Assembly: GCA_032117235.1 (NCBI GenBank)
Contig: JAULZW010000005.1
Location: 31,264 to 95,263 of the forward strand
From: Minisyncoccota bacterium
Lineage (GTDB): Bacteria > Patescibacteriota > Minisyncoccia > SW-4-49-11
Length of the DNA stretch: 64,000 nt
Direction of reading: 5' to 3'
In this document: in pieces, positions 28,503 to 38,609 of the stretch
Numbering within the stretch: position 1 is the stretch's first letter
How the letters are laid out: each line of letters opens with the position of its first letter
The notes under the pieces: generated by a model
The model's input: only the letters and a program-made list of their open reading frames with translations
Databases searched by the model: none
What the model was told of the DNA's origin: nothing
Program-made: the position numbers and the translations under genes

Positions 28503-29564
28503 ATGAACATCATAGAATTTAAGTCTGAGTTTCAGTCTGTATTGGCACAAGCTATTGAATATAAATTTGAAGAATATAGTGCATATACTAAAGACGCAGA
28601 AATCTTAGACATTATCAGTTACGCTAAGTCTATTATAGGTGGTGGCAAATGTATTCGTCCCTATATGGCATATACCTTGTATGAAACTTTAGGATGCGAC
28701 AACAGAGAAACTATTATGGATTTATTGGTCTCTCTGGAAATTTTTCATGCCTTTGCACTGATACATGACGATGTTATTGATGAGGGTAAACTGCGTCACA
28801 AAGTAGATACTGTGCATACTTTTGTATCTAAAAGAATACAAAAAGATCACAGAAGCTTTAAAAATAGGGTTCACTATGGTAATTCACAAGCTATATTAGT
28901 AGGTGATCTATTATTCTCATGGGCAATTAGTAGATTTCATAAATTCAGTTATTTACCGCATTATAATGAAGCTTGGAAGGTTTTTTATACAATGATAGAT
29001 GAGGTAGCTATAGGACAAATGATAGATGTGAATGTAATTACTAGAGATAAAATTAGCTCTCAACTTATAGAAACTAAAATGAGACTAAAAACAGCTGGAT
29101 ATACTTTTGTAAGACCAATGCAAATCGGAGTGACTTTAGCTGGAAAGGAAAAAGAGCTAACAAAATTTTGTTTAGATTTCGGAATAGCTCTGGGACTTGC
29201 TTTTCAGACACAAGATGATATTCTGGATATTATTGCTGACCCAAAAACAATTAAAAAATCTATTCTGTCCGATATAAGAGAACATCAACATACTTTTTTG
29301 ACCCAATATGTATTGGATAATGGGACAGACGAAGACGTTTTAGAGTTAGAGAAGTATTGGGGTAACTCTGAAATTACTGATAATGATCAAGTTGCTATTG
29401 TTAATCTTTTTGAAAAGACTGGGGCTTTATCATATACTAGATCAAAAGTACAAGAATATTTAGCCCAGGCTAAACAAATTACTATAGAGGAGACAAATAT
29501 TACAGATAAAACCAAACTGGCATTGAATCAATTGATTAAGTATATTGAGGATAGGGGATATTAA
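28503..29564 (+). CDS. crtE: Polyprenyl (probably GGPP) diphosphate synthase
   Basis: GGKCIRP, FARM LIHDDVID, KTAGY, SARM FQTQDDILD; adjacent to crtB. Confidence 0.85.
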   Translation: MNIIEFKSEFQSVLAQAIEYKFEEYSAYTKDAEILDIISYAKSIIGGGKCIRPYMAYTLYETLGCDNRETIMDLLVSLEIFHAFALIHDDVIDEGKLRHKVDTVHTFVSKRIQKDHRSFKNRVHYGNSQAILVGDLLFSWAISRFHKFSYLPHYNEAWKVFYTMIDEVAIGQMIDVNVITRDKISSQLIETKMRLKTAGYTFVRPMQIGVTLAGKEKELTKFCLDFGIALGLAFQTQDDILDIIADPKTIKKSILSDIREHQHTFLTQYVLDNGTDEDVLELEKYWGNSEITDNDQVAIVNLFEKTGALSYTRSKVQEYLAQAKQITIEETNITDKTKLALNQLIKYIEDRGY

Positions 29565-29568
29565 AAAT

Positions 29569-30423
29569 ATGGATAAACATACTCAAGCAGTAGAGTCTAT
29601 AACTAAACAATTTGGAACTAGTTACTATTTTGCGACTAGGTTCTTACCTCTTGATTTGAGACAAGCAACATATGCGCTATATAGTTTTTTTCGTATTCCA
29701 GATGAAATTGTAGATAACTCTAGTTATTATGCAGAAGAAGATATTTTAATTGAACTAGAAGATTGGATGCAAATGTGGCAAAAAGCTTATTTGGGTGAAG
29801 CAACAGTATATCCAATCTTAGACTTAACAGCTAAAGTTTTTAATAAATATAATATCCCTTATCAATATAGCTTAGATTTTTTAGATGCAATGAAGCAAGA
29901 TGTCTATGTTTCAAGATATGAGACATATAAAAATTTACAGGAATATATGTATGGATCGGCTTCAGTAGTCGGTCTAATGATGAGTTATATCATAGGTTTC
30001 AACAATAAAAAAGCCTTAGATTATGCTCCATATTTGGGTGAAGCTATGCAACTAACTAATTTTATTAGAGATATAGGAGAGGATTATAAAGATAGAGGTA
30101 GAATTTATTTACCGCAGGAAGATATGAATAAATATAATGTAAAAGAAAAAGATATCAAAGAGAATAAGGTTACTTCAGCCTTTGTTGATTTAATGAAATT
30201 TGAAATTCAAAGAGCGCGTAGCCTATATAGGAAGTCTGATAAAGGTCTTAAATATCTTAATAAAAGAGGTAGGTTTTCGGTAATAATGGCAAGCCGGATG
30301 TATGAGGCTATTTTAGATAAAGTAGAACAAAATAACTATGATGTCTTAACGAAAAGAGCCAGAACATCGAAGAGAGAAAAAATATATATACTAGGTAAGT
30401 CTGCTCTAGAGTACGGATTTTAA
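29569..30423 (+). CDS. crtB: Phytoene/squalene synthase family protein
   Basis: SYYFA, RIPDEIVD, QLTNFIRDIGEDYKDRGRIYLP. Confidence 0.9.
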   Translation: MDKHTQAVESITKQFGTSYYFATRFLPLDLRQATYALYSFFRIPDEIVDNSSYYAEEDILIELEDWMQMWQKAYLGEATVYPILDLTAKVFNKYNIPYQYSLDFLDAMKQDVYVSRYETYKNLQEYMYGSASVVGLMMSYIIGFNNKKALDYAPYLGEAMQLTNFIRDIGEDYKDRGRIYLPQEDMNKYNVKEKDIKENKVTSAFVDLMKFEIQRARSLYRKSDKGLKYLNKRGRFSVIMASRMYEAILDKVEQNNYDVLTKRARTSKREKIYILGKSALEYGF

Positions 30424-30439
30424 GGATTGATTTTTGTAT

Positions 30440-30468
30440 TTGAATATACTTAATCTATATGATATAAT
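30440..30468 (+). promoter_or_regulatory. recA promoter
   Basis: TTGAAT-17 bp-TATAAT with TG extension. Confidence 0.7.
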
Positions 30469-30494
30469 TAATTTAATATTAAATAATAAGTAAT

Positions 30495-31568
30495 ATGGCA
30501 AAGAATAAATCCAAATCTACAGACAATGTTAGTAAGAGTGATAAAATACAATCAGTATTAGAAGATATCAAAAGTAAATTCGGAGATGAGTCCATGATGA
30601 AGTTGGGTGATGTTAAGAAAGTTGATATAAAGGCTTACTCAACAGGTTCTATATCCCTTGATAGAGCTCTTGGAATTGGAGGAATGCCACAAGGTAGAAT
30701 TATAGAAATTTATGGGCCAGAATCTAGTGGTAAAACTACTATTTGTTTGCAAGTTATTGCTAATGCTCAGAAAGAAGGAGGTGTTGCAGCCTTTATCGAT
30801 ACAGAACATGCGCTAGACCCTGAATATGCGAAAAAATTAAAAGTTAATACTAATGATTTATTGATTTCACAACCTAATACTGGAGAAGAAGCTTTATCCA
30901 TTGTAGAGGCATTAGTGCATTCTGGTAATGTAGATATTATTGTATTAGATTCAGTAGCTGCTATTGTTCCTAAGGCAGAAATTGAAGGAGATATGGGAGA
31001 TTCTCATGTCGCAATTCAAGCAAGATTAATGTCTCAAGCTCTCCGTAAATTAACTGCAATTTCCGCAAAAGCTAATACTACAATTGTTTTCACCAATCAA
31101 ACTCGTATGAAAATTGGAATGATGGGATATGGTAGTCCGGTAGAAACTCCTGGAGGAAAAGCTTTAAAATTTTATGCTTCAGTTAGAATAGAAATTAAAA
31201 GAGTAGCTCAAATTAAGAAAGGAGAAGAAGTTATAGGAGCTAGAACTAAAGCAAAAATTGTCAAAAACAAAGTTGCAGCACCGTTCAAAGTTGCTGAATT
31301 TGATATTATGTATAATGAAGGAGTGTCTCTTGAGACAGATCTCATTAATTTAGCTCTTAAAGTAGGTGTTTTGAAGAAAAAAGGAACATATATCCAAGAT
31401 TTAGATGGCAATACTTTAGGTCAGGGACTGGAGTCAGCTAGAAAAAGTTTAAGAGATAATCCTGAGCTATTGCAACAATTATATTCTGATGTCTTGGCTA
31501 AAGAAGATGCTAATATCGAGGGGTCTGATACAATTGATAGCGTTGTTACTAATCAGCTTGAGGATTAA
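30495..31568 (+). CDS. recA: Recombinase RecA
   Basis: [30 protein letters not shown]. Confidence 0.98.
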   Translation: MAKNKSKSTDNVSKSDKIQSVLEDIKSKFGDESMMKLGDVKKVDIKAYSTGSISLDRALGIGGMPQGRIIEIYGPESSGKTTICLQVIANAQKEGGVAAFIDTEHALDPEYAKKLKVNTNDLLISQPNTGEEALSIVEALVHSGNVDIIVLDSVAAIVPKAEIEGDMGDSHVAIQARLMSQALRKLTAISAKANTTIVFTNQTRMKIGMMGYGSPVETPGGKALKFYASVRIEIKRVAQIKKGEEVIGARTKAKIVKNKVAAPFKVAEFDIMYNEGVSLETDLINLALKVGVLKKKGTYIQDLDGNTLGQGLESARKSLRDNPELLQQLYSDVLAKEDANIEGSDTIDSVVTNQLED

Positions 31569-31570
31569 TT

Positions 31571-32329
31571 ATGGCTTACACCTTAGTTTTAATGCGACAT
31601 GGAGAAAGTTTATGGAATCAATTGGATAAATTTACTGGTTGGACAGATGTAGAGTTGTCTGACAAAGGTATTCAAGAAGCAAAAGCAGCAGGTTTAGTAT
31701 TGTTTCAAAATGGATTTGAATTTGATTTTGCATATACTTCCGTATTGGACAGAGCTATAGATACCTTGCAATATGTCTTAGAAGGAGCTCATATGACTTG
31801 GATTCCAGTTACAAAAGACTGGCACCTTAATGAAAGGCATTATGGAGGCTTACAGGGTAAAAATAAAGATGAAGCTGTAGATGAATTCGGTGAGTATCAA
31901 GTGAAAGTTTGGAGAAGGACATTTGCTATTAAGCCTCCATTGCTATCAGAATATGACTCTAGATATCCTGCTAATGATGATAGATATACTAACATACCAA
32001 CAGAACAGTTGCCTATTGGGGAATCTCTTAAAGATACTTTAGATAGAGTGCATCCGTATTGGGAGACAGAATTAAAGCCAGCTATTCTTTCTGGAAAAAG
32101 GCTTATTATATCAGCTCATGGCAATAGTTTAAGAGCTTTATTGAAGTTTTTAGAAAATATTTCAGATAAAAAAATTATTGATATAGAAATACCAACTGGT
32201 AATCCATTAATATATGAACTAGAAGAGAATACTTTAAAGGTTTTAAAAAAGTATTATTTAATGGGTAATACAATTAAAAATAATAAAAATATATTTAGTA
32301 AATTTAAATCTATTTTTAAATTAAATTAA
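31571..32329 (+). CDS. gpmA: 2,3-BPG-dependent phosphoglycerate mutase
   Basis: RHGES, FTGWTD, LNERHYG, WRR, AHGNSLR. Confidence 0.95.
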   Translation: MAYTLVLMRHGESLWNQLDKFTGWTDVELSDKGIQEAKAAGLVLFQNGFEFDFAYTSVLDRAIDTLQYVLEGAHMTWIPVTKDWHLNERHYGGLQGKNKDEAVDEFGEYQVKVWRRTFAIKPPLLSEYDSRYPANDDRYTNIPTEQLPIGESLKDTLDRVHPYWETELKPAILSGKRLIISAHGNSLRALLKFLENISDKKIIDIEIPTGNPLIYELEENTLKVLKKYYLMGNTIKNNKNIFSKFKSIFKLN

Positions 32330-32332
32330 ATT

Positions 32333-33013
32333 ATGTCAAAAATTATTTTAGTAAGACATGGAGATAGTCAATGGGACCAAGAAAATAGATATATAGGTTG
32401 GATAGATGTTCCTTTATTAGAACAAAGGGATGAATTAAAAAAAATTGGGAACACATTACTTAATAATAACACAGATATAGACATAATTATTACTTCAGTG
32501 CTAGAAAGATCAATTGTCAGTGCTTGGACTATTATGAACAGTATGTATCATTCCTGGATTCCAGAAATACATGACTGGAGATTAAACCCAAGACATTATG
32601 GAGTAATACAAGGTTTAACTTATCAAGATGTATTGGTAAAATATAATAATATTAACGAAATTAATCTGAGTTGGGATAAAACTGTTAGCCCAATTACATT
32701 AGATGATAAAAGTCATCCTAAGTATGATAGAAGATATGCTACTATATCGCCAGAGAGTTTACCTTCTGTGGAAAGTTTAAAGGATGTTTATGAAAGGGTG
32801 GAGAGTTTCATTGTAGATACATTATTACCTATTTTGTCTAGAAATGAGAATATTCTAATTGTAGCCCATCATGATAGTATAAGATCTATATTAAAATATT
32901 TTGAAAAATTATCGATTGAAGATACTATTAAATTTAATATTAATCCTTCTCAAGCTATAGTAATAAATTATGATTATAATACGGGCTTATCTACACAGAC
33001 AGTATTTGAATAG
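32333..33013 (+). CDS. Divergent GpmA paralog (histidine phosphatase superfamily)
   Basis: RHGDS retained; LNPRHYG instead of LNERHYG, no WRR, AHHDSIR. Confidence 0.8.
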   Translation: MSKIILVRHGDSQWDQENRYIGWIDVPLLEQRDELKKIGNTLLNNNTDIDIIITSVLERSIVSAWTIMNSMYHSWIPEIHDWRLNPRHYGVIQGLTYQDVLVKYNNINEINLSWDKTVSPITLDDKSHPKYDRRYATISPESLPSVESLKDVYERVESFIVDTLLPILSRNENILIVAHHDSIRSILKYFEKLSIEDTIKFNINPSQAIVINYDYNTGLSTQTVFE

Positions 33014-33070
33014 TTAGATTACATCTAAAATTAATATGTGATATAATTTCCTAATTAAACAGTTAATATT

Positions 33071-36049
33071 ATGTATAACCACAGAACTATTGAACAAAAA
33101 TGGATTAAAAAATGGGCTGAAGGCTTTGTAGATTATAGGGTTGACAATGCTTCAGATAAAGAAAGTAAATATATTTTAGTTGAATTCCCTTTTCCTTCAG
33201 GTGCTGGACTTCATGTAGGACATATCCGTAGCTATGTAGCACAGGATATAAAGGCAAGAATGTATCGTATGCAGGGACAAAATGTACTTTATCCTCTAGG
33301 CTGGGATGCTTTTGGGCTACCAACAGAAAATTATGCTATTCAGAATAATATATCTCCTGTTATTGCAACAGAAAATAATATTAATACCTTCAAAAAACAA
33401 TTAGCATTATTAGGATTATCTTTTGATTGGAGTCGTGAAATTAATACTACTGATCCACAATATTATCGCTGGACGCAATGGATATGGCTACAAATGTATA
33501 AAGCTGGACTTGCTTATCAAGATACCACTAAGGTTTGGTGGTGTGATGAATTAAAAACTGTTCTTGCTAATGAAGAGGTTATTGATGGGAAATCAGAGCG
33601 TGGGGGATATCCTTGTGAGAGAGTGTCCTTAACACAATGGATGTTAGCAATTACCAAATATGCAGATAGATTGGATAAAGATTTAGATACTGTTGATTAT
33701 TTGCCCATTATCAAAACACAACAGAGAAATTGGATTGGTCGTAGTGAGGGAGTTCAATTAAAATTCCAAATTCTAGACTCAGATGCGTCTGTGGAAGTCT
33801 TTACTACTCGAATAGATACCGTATTTGGCGTTACCTTTTTGGTATTAGCACCAGAAAATCCAATTTTAGATAATATTGTAACAACAGAGTATAAGGAGGT
33901 AATACAAGCCTATCAAAAGCAAACGAAATCTAAAAGTGATTTAGATCGTCAGCAAGAAAAAGAAAAAACTGGAGTCTTTACGGGAACTTATGCTCTACAT
34001 CCATTAACAGGGGAGCAAATTCCTATTTGGACTGCCGATTATATATTAATGAATTATGGAACTGGAGCCGTAATGGCAGTACCTGCTCATGATGAGAGAG
34101 ACAGAGAATTTGCTGAAAAATTTGAATTACCTATTAAACAGGTAATTGCTGAATATGCTACTCTTACAGGGCAAGATGCTCCAAAGAGTGATGAAAATAT
34201 TATTAAGTTTGATGCAGCAACTGTAATTGTTAAACATTGGGAAGAAGAATTATATTATGTAATACAATTTAATGATGGACGAAATGGTTTTGTCGGGGGA
34301 CATGTTGAATTAGGTGAGACAACAGAAGAAACTGCAATTCGTGAGACGGCAGAAGAATCTAGATATGTAGATATTAAAAAGATTGAGCAGCTTATTGAGC
34401 ATGTATATAGTCGTGGTTATAAACATCGTAAATTGAGAGAGGAAGAATGTCATGATTCTCTATTTGTAGTAACATTAGGTAGTGACAAACAATTAGAGGT
34501 GATTGATGAGGAGACACAAAAAGGCCGTTGGGTGACTGCAGAAGAAATTATTAAATCAAGACTAGTAGATGACATATATCTATTCCAAACTTTTTTTGAA
34601 TATTATCTTAATCAAAAACCATTTACAGGGTATGGAAAACTTGTAAATTCAGATCAATTTGATGGATTATTCTCAGAAGAAGCTAAAGAATCACTTATTA
34701 CTATATTAGAAGAGAAAAATATCGGGCAAAGAAAAATTCAATATAAACTCCGAGATTGGGTATTCTCACGTCAGCGCTATTGGGGAGAACCTTTCCCTAT
34801 TGTTTGGATTAGCGAACAGTCCTATGGGCAAATATCAGATGAAATTACTGAGTTTCTACCAGCAAATCCTGTTACTCGACAAAAAAATAATAATACGGAA
34901 TATGCGGCTCCCTTGGCTCCTACAGAATTACCTCTCGAATTACCAGAAGTAGAATCATATATTCCACAAGGTTTGGGAGAAGGTCCTTTAGCTCAAACTA
35001 AAGATTGGGTAGAGATTTGGTATCATATTGAAACAGGAAAAACACTATCTCGTAGTGAAACTAAACCCGATGAGAATTGGGTAGAGGGTGTTAGAGAAAC
35101 TGATACTATGCCCAATTGGGCAGGAAGCTCTTGGTATTATCTTAGATATGCTGACCCTCATAATACTCAAGAATTAGCAAGCAAAGCTGCTTTAAAGCAA
35201 TGGCTACCAGTGGACTTATATAATGGGGGTATGGAGCAGGTAACTGTACATTTACTCTATTCTAGGTTTTGGCATAAATTCCTCTATGATATTGGTGTAG
35301 TCCCTACAATAGAGCCCTATCAGAAGCGCATTGCTCATGGAATGATTTTGGCTGAAGGAGGAGTTAAAATGTCAAAATCCAAAGGTAATACCGTGGATCC
35401 GGTAGAAATGGTAGAGTCATTTGGAGCAGATGCTCTCAGAATTTATGAGATGTTTATGGGACCTTATGATGAGGCAATTGCTTGGGATACAAGTGGTCTT
35501 ATTGGATGTAGTCGATTTTTGAAGCGAGTATATCAGTGGATTATGGATATGCAAACTCAAACATTAGAAAAAGCCGTAGACACAATCAAATTAGATTATG
35601 ATACCCATTTATTGATACGTAAAATTACTGAAGATATTGAAAATCAAAAATATAATACCTGTATTAGTAGTTTAATGGAATATCTCAATACCTATATTAA
35701 TAAAGATATTGGTATTGAGTATATTAAGATATATATTACTCTCTTAGCTCCATTTGCTCCACATATTGCGGAAGAATTATGGGAAATATTAGGGGAGAAA
35801 GAATCTGTGCATAAAGCTACTTGGCCACAATTTGATGAATCAAAATTAATTCAGACAGAAGTAGATTATCAAATTCATATTAATGGAAAAATGCGAGATA
35901 TTATTACCGTTAATGCGGAATTAGACAATGAGGCTATTCAACAAAAAGCTTTGGAATCATATAAAGTAAGTACTATTATCACGGATAAAAATACTATTAA
36001 GAAAATTATAGTAAATCAAACTAAAAAAATAGTTATAATTATAAGTTAG
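33071..36049 (+). CDS. leuS: Leucyl-tRNA synthetase with inserted Nudix domain
   Basis: HVGH, GTGAVMAVPAHD, RDWVFSRQRYWG, KMSKS; Nudix box GHVELGETTEETAIRETAEE near 34295-34360. Confidence 0.96.
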   Translation: MYNHRTIEQKWIKKWAEGFVDYRVDNASDKESKYILVEFPFPSGAGLHVGHIRSYVAQDIKARMYRMQGQNVLYPLGWDAFGLPTENYAIQNNISPVIATENNINTFKKQLALLGLSFDWSREINTTDPQYYRWTQWIWLQMYKAGLAYQDTTKVWWCDELKTVLANEEVIDGKSERGGYPCERVSLTQWMLAITKYADRLDKDLDTVDYLPIIKTQQRNWIGRSEGVQLKFQILDSDASVEVFTTRIDTVFGVTFLVLAPENPILDNIVTTEYKEVIQAYQKQTKSKSDLDRQQEKEKTGVFTGTYALHPLTGEQIPIWTADYILMNYGTGAVMAVPAHDERDREFAEKFELPIKQVIAEYATLTGQDAPKSDENIIKFDAATVIVKHWEEELYYVIQFNDGRNGFVGGHVELGETTEETAIRETAEESRYVDIKKIEQLIEHVYSRGYKHRKLREEECHDSLFVVTLGSDKQLEVIDEETQKGRWVTAEEIIKSRLVDDIYLFQTFFEYYLNQKPFTGYGKLVNSDQFDGLFSEEAKESLITILEEKNIGQRKIQYKLRDWVFSRQRYWGEPFPIVWISEQSYGQISDEITEFLPANPVTRQKNNNTEYAAPLAPTELPLELPEVESYIPQGLGEGPLAQTKDWVEIWYHIETGKTLSRSETKPDENWVEGVRETDTMPNWAGSSWYYLRYADPHNTQELASKAALKQWLPVDLYNGGMEQVTVHLLYSRFWHKFLYDIGVVPTIEPYQKRIAHGMILAEGGVKMSKSKGNTVDPVEMVESFGADALRIYEMFMGPYDEAIAWDTSGLIGCSRFLKRVYQWIMDMQTQTLEKAVDTIKLDYDTHLLIRKITEDIENQKYNTCISSLMEYLNTYINKDIGIEYIKIYITLLAPFAPHIAEELWEILGEKESVHKATWPQFDESKLIQTEVDYQIHINGKMRDIITVNAELDNEAIQQKALESYKVSTIITDKNTIKKIIVNQTKKIVIIIS

Positions 36050-36105
36050 TATTTTAGCGTGTTTCAATTAGTATAAATGGAAAATTACTACAAACTTAAA
36101 TTATA

Positions 36106-36130
36106 ATTCCTACAGGAGATATGTGGGAAT
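36106..36130. terminator. Hairpin between convergent leuS and glgP (possible terminator)
   Basis: ATTCCTACA-GGAGATA-TGTGGGAAT, 9-bp stem; no clear U-tract. Confidence 0.4.
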
Positions 36131-36178
36131 GTAGTAAAATATTGATATTATTGGCGTTGAGATATATTTAATTTTAAC

Positions 36179-37798
36179 TCATTCTTTATATCCCTTACGG
36201 ATATATTCGAGCACCATTCTTTGGGTGTTATAATAACTACCAATTAAAGATATTGCTGATCTTTGCATTTTGCTAAATTTATCCCTATCATTATAAAATA
36301 TATCAATAGCATTATTAATATTGTCATACATACTATTTATTTCTTGATATTCATCATTACCAGAAATTGTCCATCCATTTACATTATGAATTCCACTTTC
36401 TGGCCACCAACCATCATAAGTAGAAATATTCAAAACCCCATTTAATGAGGCTTTCATCCCACTTGTACCAGAGGCTTCATATGAAATTCTAGGTGTATTT
36501 AGCCATACATCAACTCCACTAACTAAAAGTTTAGCCATCTCTATACTATAATTTGGCAAATAAATTATTTTAAAATATTCATTATTATTTTCTTTTGCAA
36601 TAGTTAATATTCTTTTTATAATATCAAAGCCAACAATATCTGTATGATAAGCCTTACCGGCAAAAACTATATTTATACCTTTATATTTTTCAGCTAATTT
36701 CTTAAGGCGCTCTATATCTGAAAAAATCAAATGAGCTCTTTTATATTCTGTAGCTCTTCTGGCAAAACCAATGGTAAAGGCATCGGGTAAAAAGTCTATA
36801 TTGGGTTGAGCTTGTAAATATTTAGCGAAAATATCTTTATTAACTTGATGTGCTTCCTGAATTTCTTTTGCTGGAATTCCTTCAACATATCTCAAAATTT
36901 CTGGATGAATTTGCCAGCTTGGAAAATATGACTTTAATACTTTATCAATAGAATTAGAAACCCATGTAGGACTATGAATACCATTTGTAATATAATCTAT
37001 TGAATGTTCCGGGAACATCTCTTGCGATACTTCTTGATGTTTGGATGAAACAGCATTAGAATAATCAGCTAAAGTTAAAGCTAATCTAGTTAAATTGATA
37101 TTGTAATTATCCTCAAAAGCTTCTCTAGGTATTTTTTGTAACTGTTCTGGTTTACAAATATTCTGTAACCATTCTAATGGAAGTCTAGTATGTCCGCCTA
37201 AAAGTGGAGTATGAGTAGTGAAAACCACTTGGGCTATGGGGTGATTGATTTCAATAGCTATCAGTGCACTATGGCTTTCATTTAGATGAAAGGTACTAAT
37301 TTCGGTACACCCTAAGCTATCAAGTGCATATTTACTGCCCAAGCCTAAAACTAATAATTGTCGTCGAAATATTTCCGAGTCAGGAGAATATACCTTGTCA
37401 GACACAGATCTAAATTGCTCTGAATTTTCAGGTAAATCAGTATCTAATAATAATATAGAAACAGATTTGTTGGATAGTGGAGAAGTATAAATATATTCCC
37501 AAATATTTACCTTAACTATTTCATTAGCAAGTGGTATAGTTGTTTTTCCAATTAAATTCAGTATTTTAGTATAATCCCATTTTTGTGGAGTAGTAATCTG
37601 ACCATCCATATAATCCAGAGTTTGATCTAAATATCCATTTTTATACAAAATACCTACGCCTACTACAGGCAAACCAAGGTCAGCAAAGCTTTTCATTGTA
37701 TCTCCTGCTAATATTCCAAGTCCCCCTGTATATAACTTGACATCATCAGATAGGCCAAACTCCATACAAATATAAGCTATTTTGGGTATGTAATTCAT
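36179..37798 (-). CDS. glgP: Alpha-glucan (glycogen/maltodextrin) phosphorylase
   Basis: YTGGLGILAGD, HLNESH, GFARRATEYKR, PLP motif EASGTSGMKA. Confidence 0.93.
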   Translation of the reverse strand: MNYIPKIAYICMEFGLSDDVKLYTGGLGILAGDTMKSFADLGLPVVGVGILYKNGYLDQTLDYMDGQITTPQKWDYTKILNLIGKTTIPLANEIVKVNIWEYIYTSPLSNKSVSILLLDTDLPENSEQFRSVSDKVYSPDSEIFRRQLLVLGLGSKYALDSLGCTEISTFHLNESHSALIAIEINHPIAQVVFTTHTPLLGGHTRLPLEWLQNICKPEQLQKIPREAFEDNYNINLTRLALTLADYSNAVSSKHQEVSQEMFPEHSIDYITNGIHSPTWVSNSIDKVLKSYFPSWQIHPEILRYVEGIPAKEIQEAHQVNKDIFAKYLQAQPNIDFLPDAFTIGFARRATEYKRAHLIFSDIERLKKLAEKYKGINIVFAGKAYHTDIVGFDIIKRILTIAKENNNEYFKIIYLPNYSIEMAKLLVSGVDVWLNTPRISYEASGTSGMKASLNGVLNISTYDGWWPESGIHNVNGWTISGNDEYQEINSMYDNINNAIDIFYNDRDKFSKMQRSAISLIGSYYNTQRMVLEYIRKGYKE

Positions 37799-37850
37799 TT
37801 TTATTAATTTTAATATGATTATTTTTTAATAATAACACATTATCAAAAAT

Positions 37851-37877
37851 AAAAAAACCCCCAAATGGGGAGTTTTT
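37851..37877 (-). terminator. Terminator downstream of rpmA
   Basis: Minus strand AAAAACTCCCC-ATTT-GGGGG followed by T7. Confidence 0.7.
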
Positions 37878-37906
37878 AAAGAATGATGTAAGTTAAGTTA
37901 AAAGTA

Positions 37907-38179
37907 TTATATGACAGAAACAGTTTTAACCATTTTTTTCTTTCCAGTAAAAGATGTTTTACGAGTGTCTTTAAATGCAATAACACCATTAGCTATAGAA
38001 TACAAAGTATCATCAGCTCCTCGGGCTACATTTGATCCAGGATAAAATTTGGTTCCTCTTTGTCTAATAATAATTTGTCCTTTTTCTACTTTTTGTCCAG
38101 CATATAATTTAACTCCAAGATATTTTGGATTTGAGTCTCGTCCTAATGCTGTAGAACCACCAGCTTTTCTATGTGCCAT
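37907..38179 (-). CDS. rpmA: 50S ribosomal protein bL27
   Basis: [25 protein letters not shown]. Confidence 0.97.
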   Translation of the reverse strand: MAHRKAGGSTALGRDSNPKYLGVKLYAGQKVEKGQIIIRQRGTKFYPGSNVARGADDTLYSIANGVIAFKDTRKTSFTGKKKMVKTVSVI

Positions 38180-38216
38180 ATCGAATATTATTACTATATA
38201 TGATATAATAATACAT

Positions 38217-38609
38217 ATGAAACACAAATTTGTCAAGCATATTGAGGGTTTTTTACTAATTATTTCAGCTATACTAATAGGTGGCAGTGCCTATCTTATT
38301 GGGAATATTAATGCTCTTGAATCTAATCTGAGTGAAATACAGGTTGTTTATCCAGATTCTATTGCTATTAAATCTGATACCAAGATTGAGGAAATTAAGT
38401 CAAATAAAGACATAATTATACCTACTGATAATAAAACTTCTACCATATCTACGGGTAAAATAATAGCTAGTAAAAATGGGAAAAGATATTATTATCAAAA
38501 TTGTGCTGGCATTAATAGGATTAAACTAGAAAATCGTATATACTTTGAAACAAAGGAGCAAGCTGAGTTGAAGGGCTTAACTCTTGCTTCAGGATGTAAA
38601 GAATTATGA
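38217..38609 (+). CDS. Membrane-anchored protein with C-terminal Ada metal-binding-like domain
   Basis: N-terminal TM; [11 protein letters not shown]...RIK.ENRIYF....AE..G....GC. Confidence 0.75.
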   Translation: MKHKFVKHIEGFLLIISAILIGGSAYLIGNINALESNLSEIQVVYPDSIAIKSDTKIEEIKSNKDIIIPTDNKTSTISTGKIIASKNGKRYYYQNCAGINRIKLENRIYFETKEQAELKGLTLASGCKEL

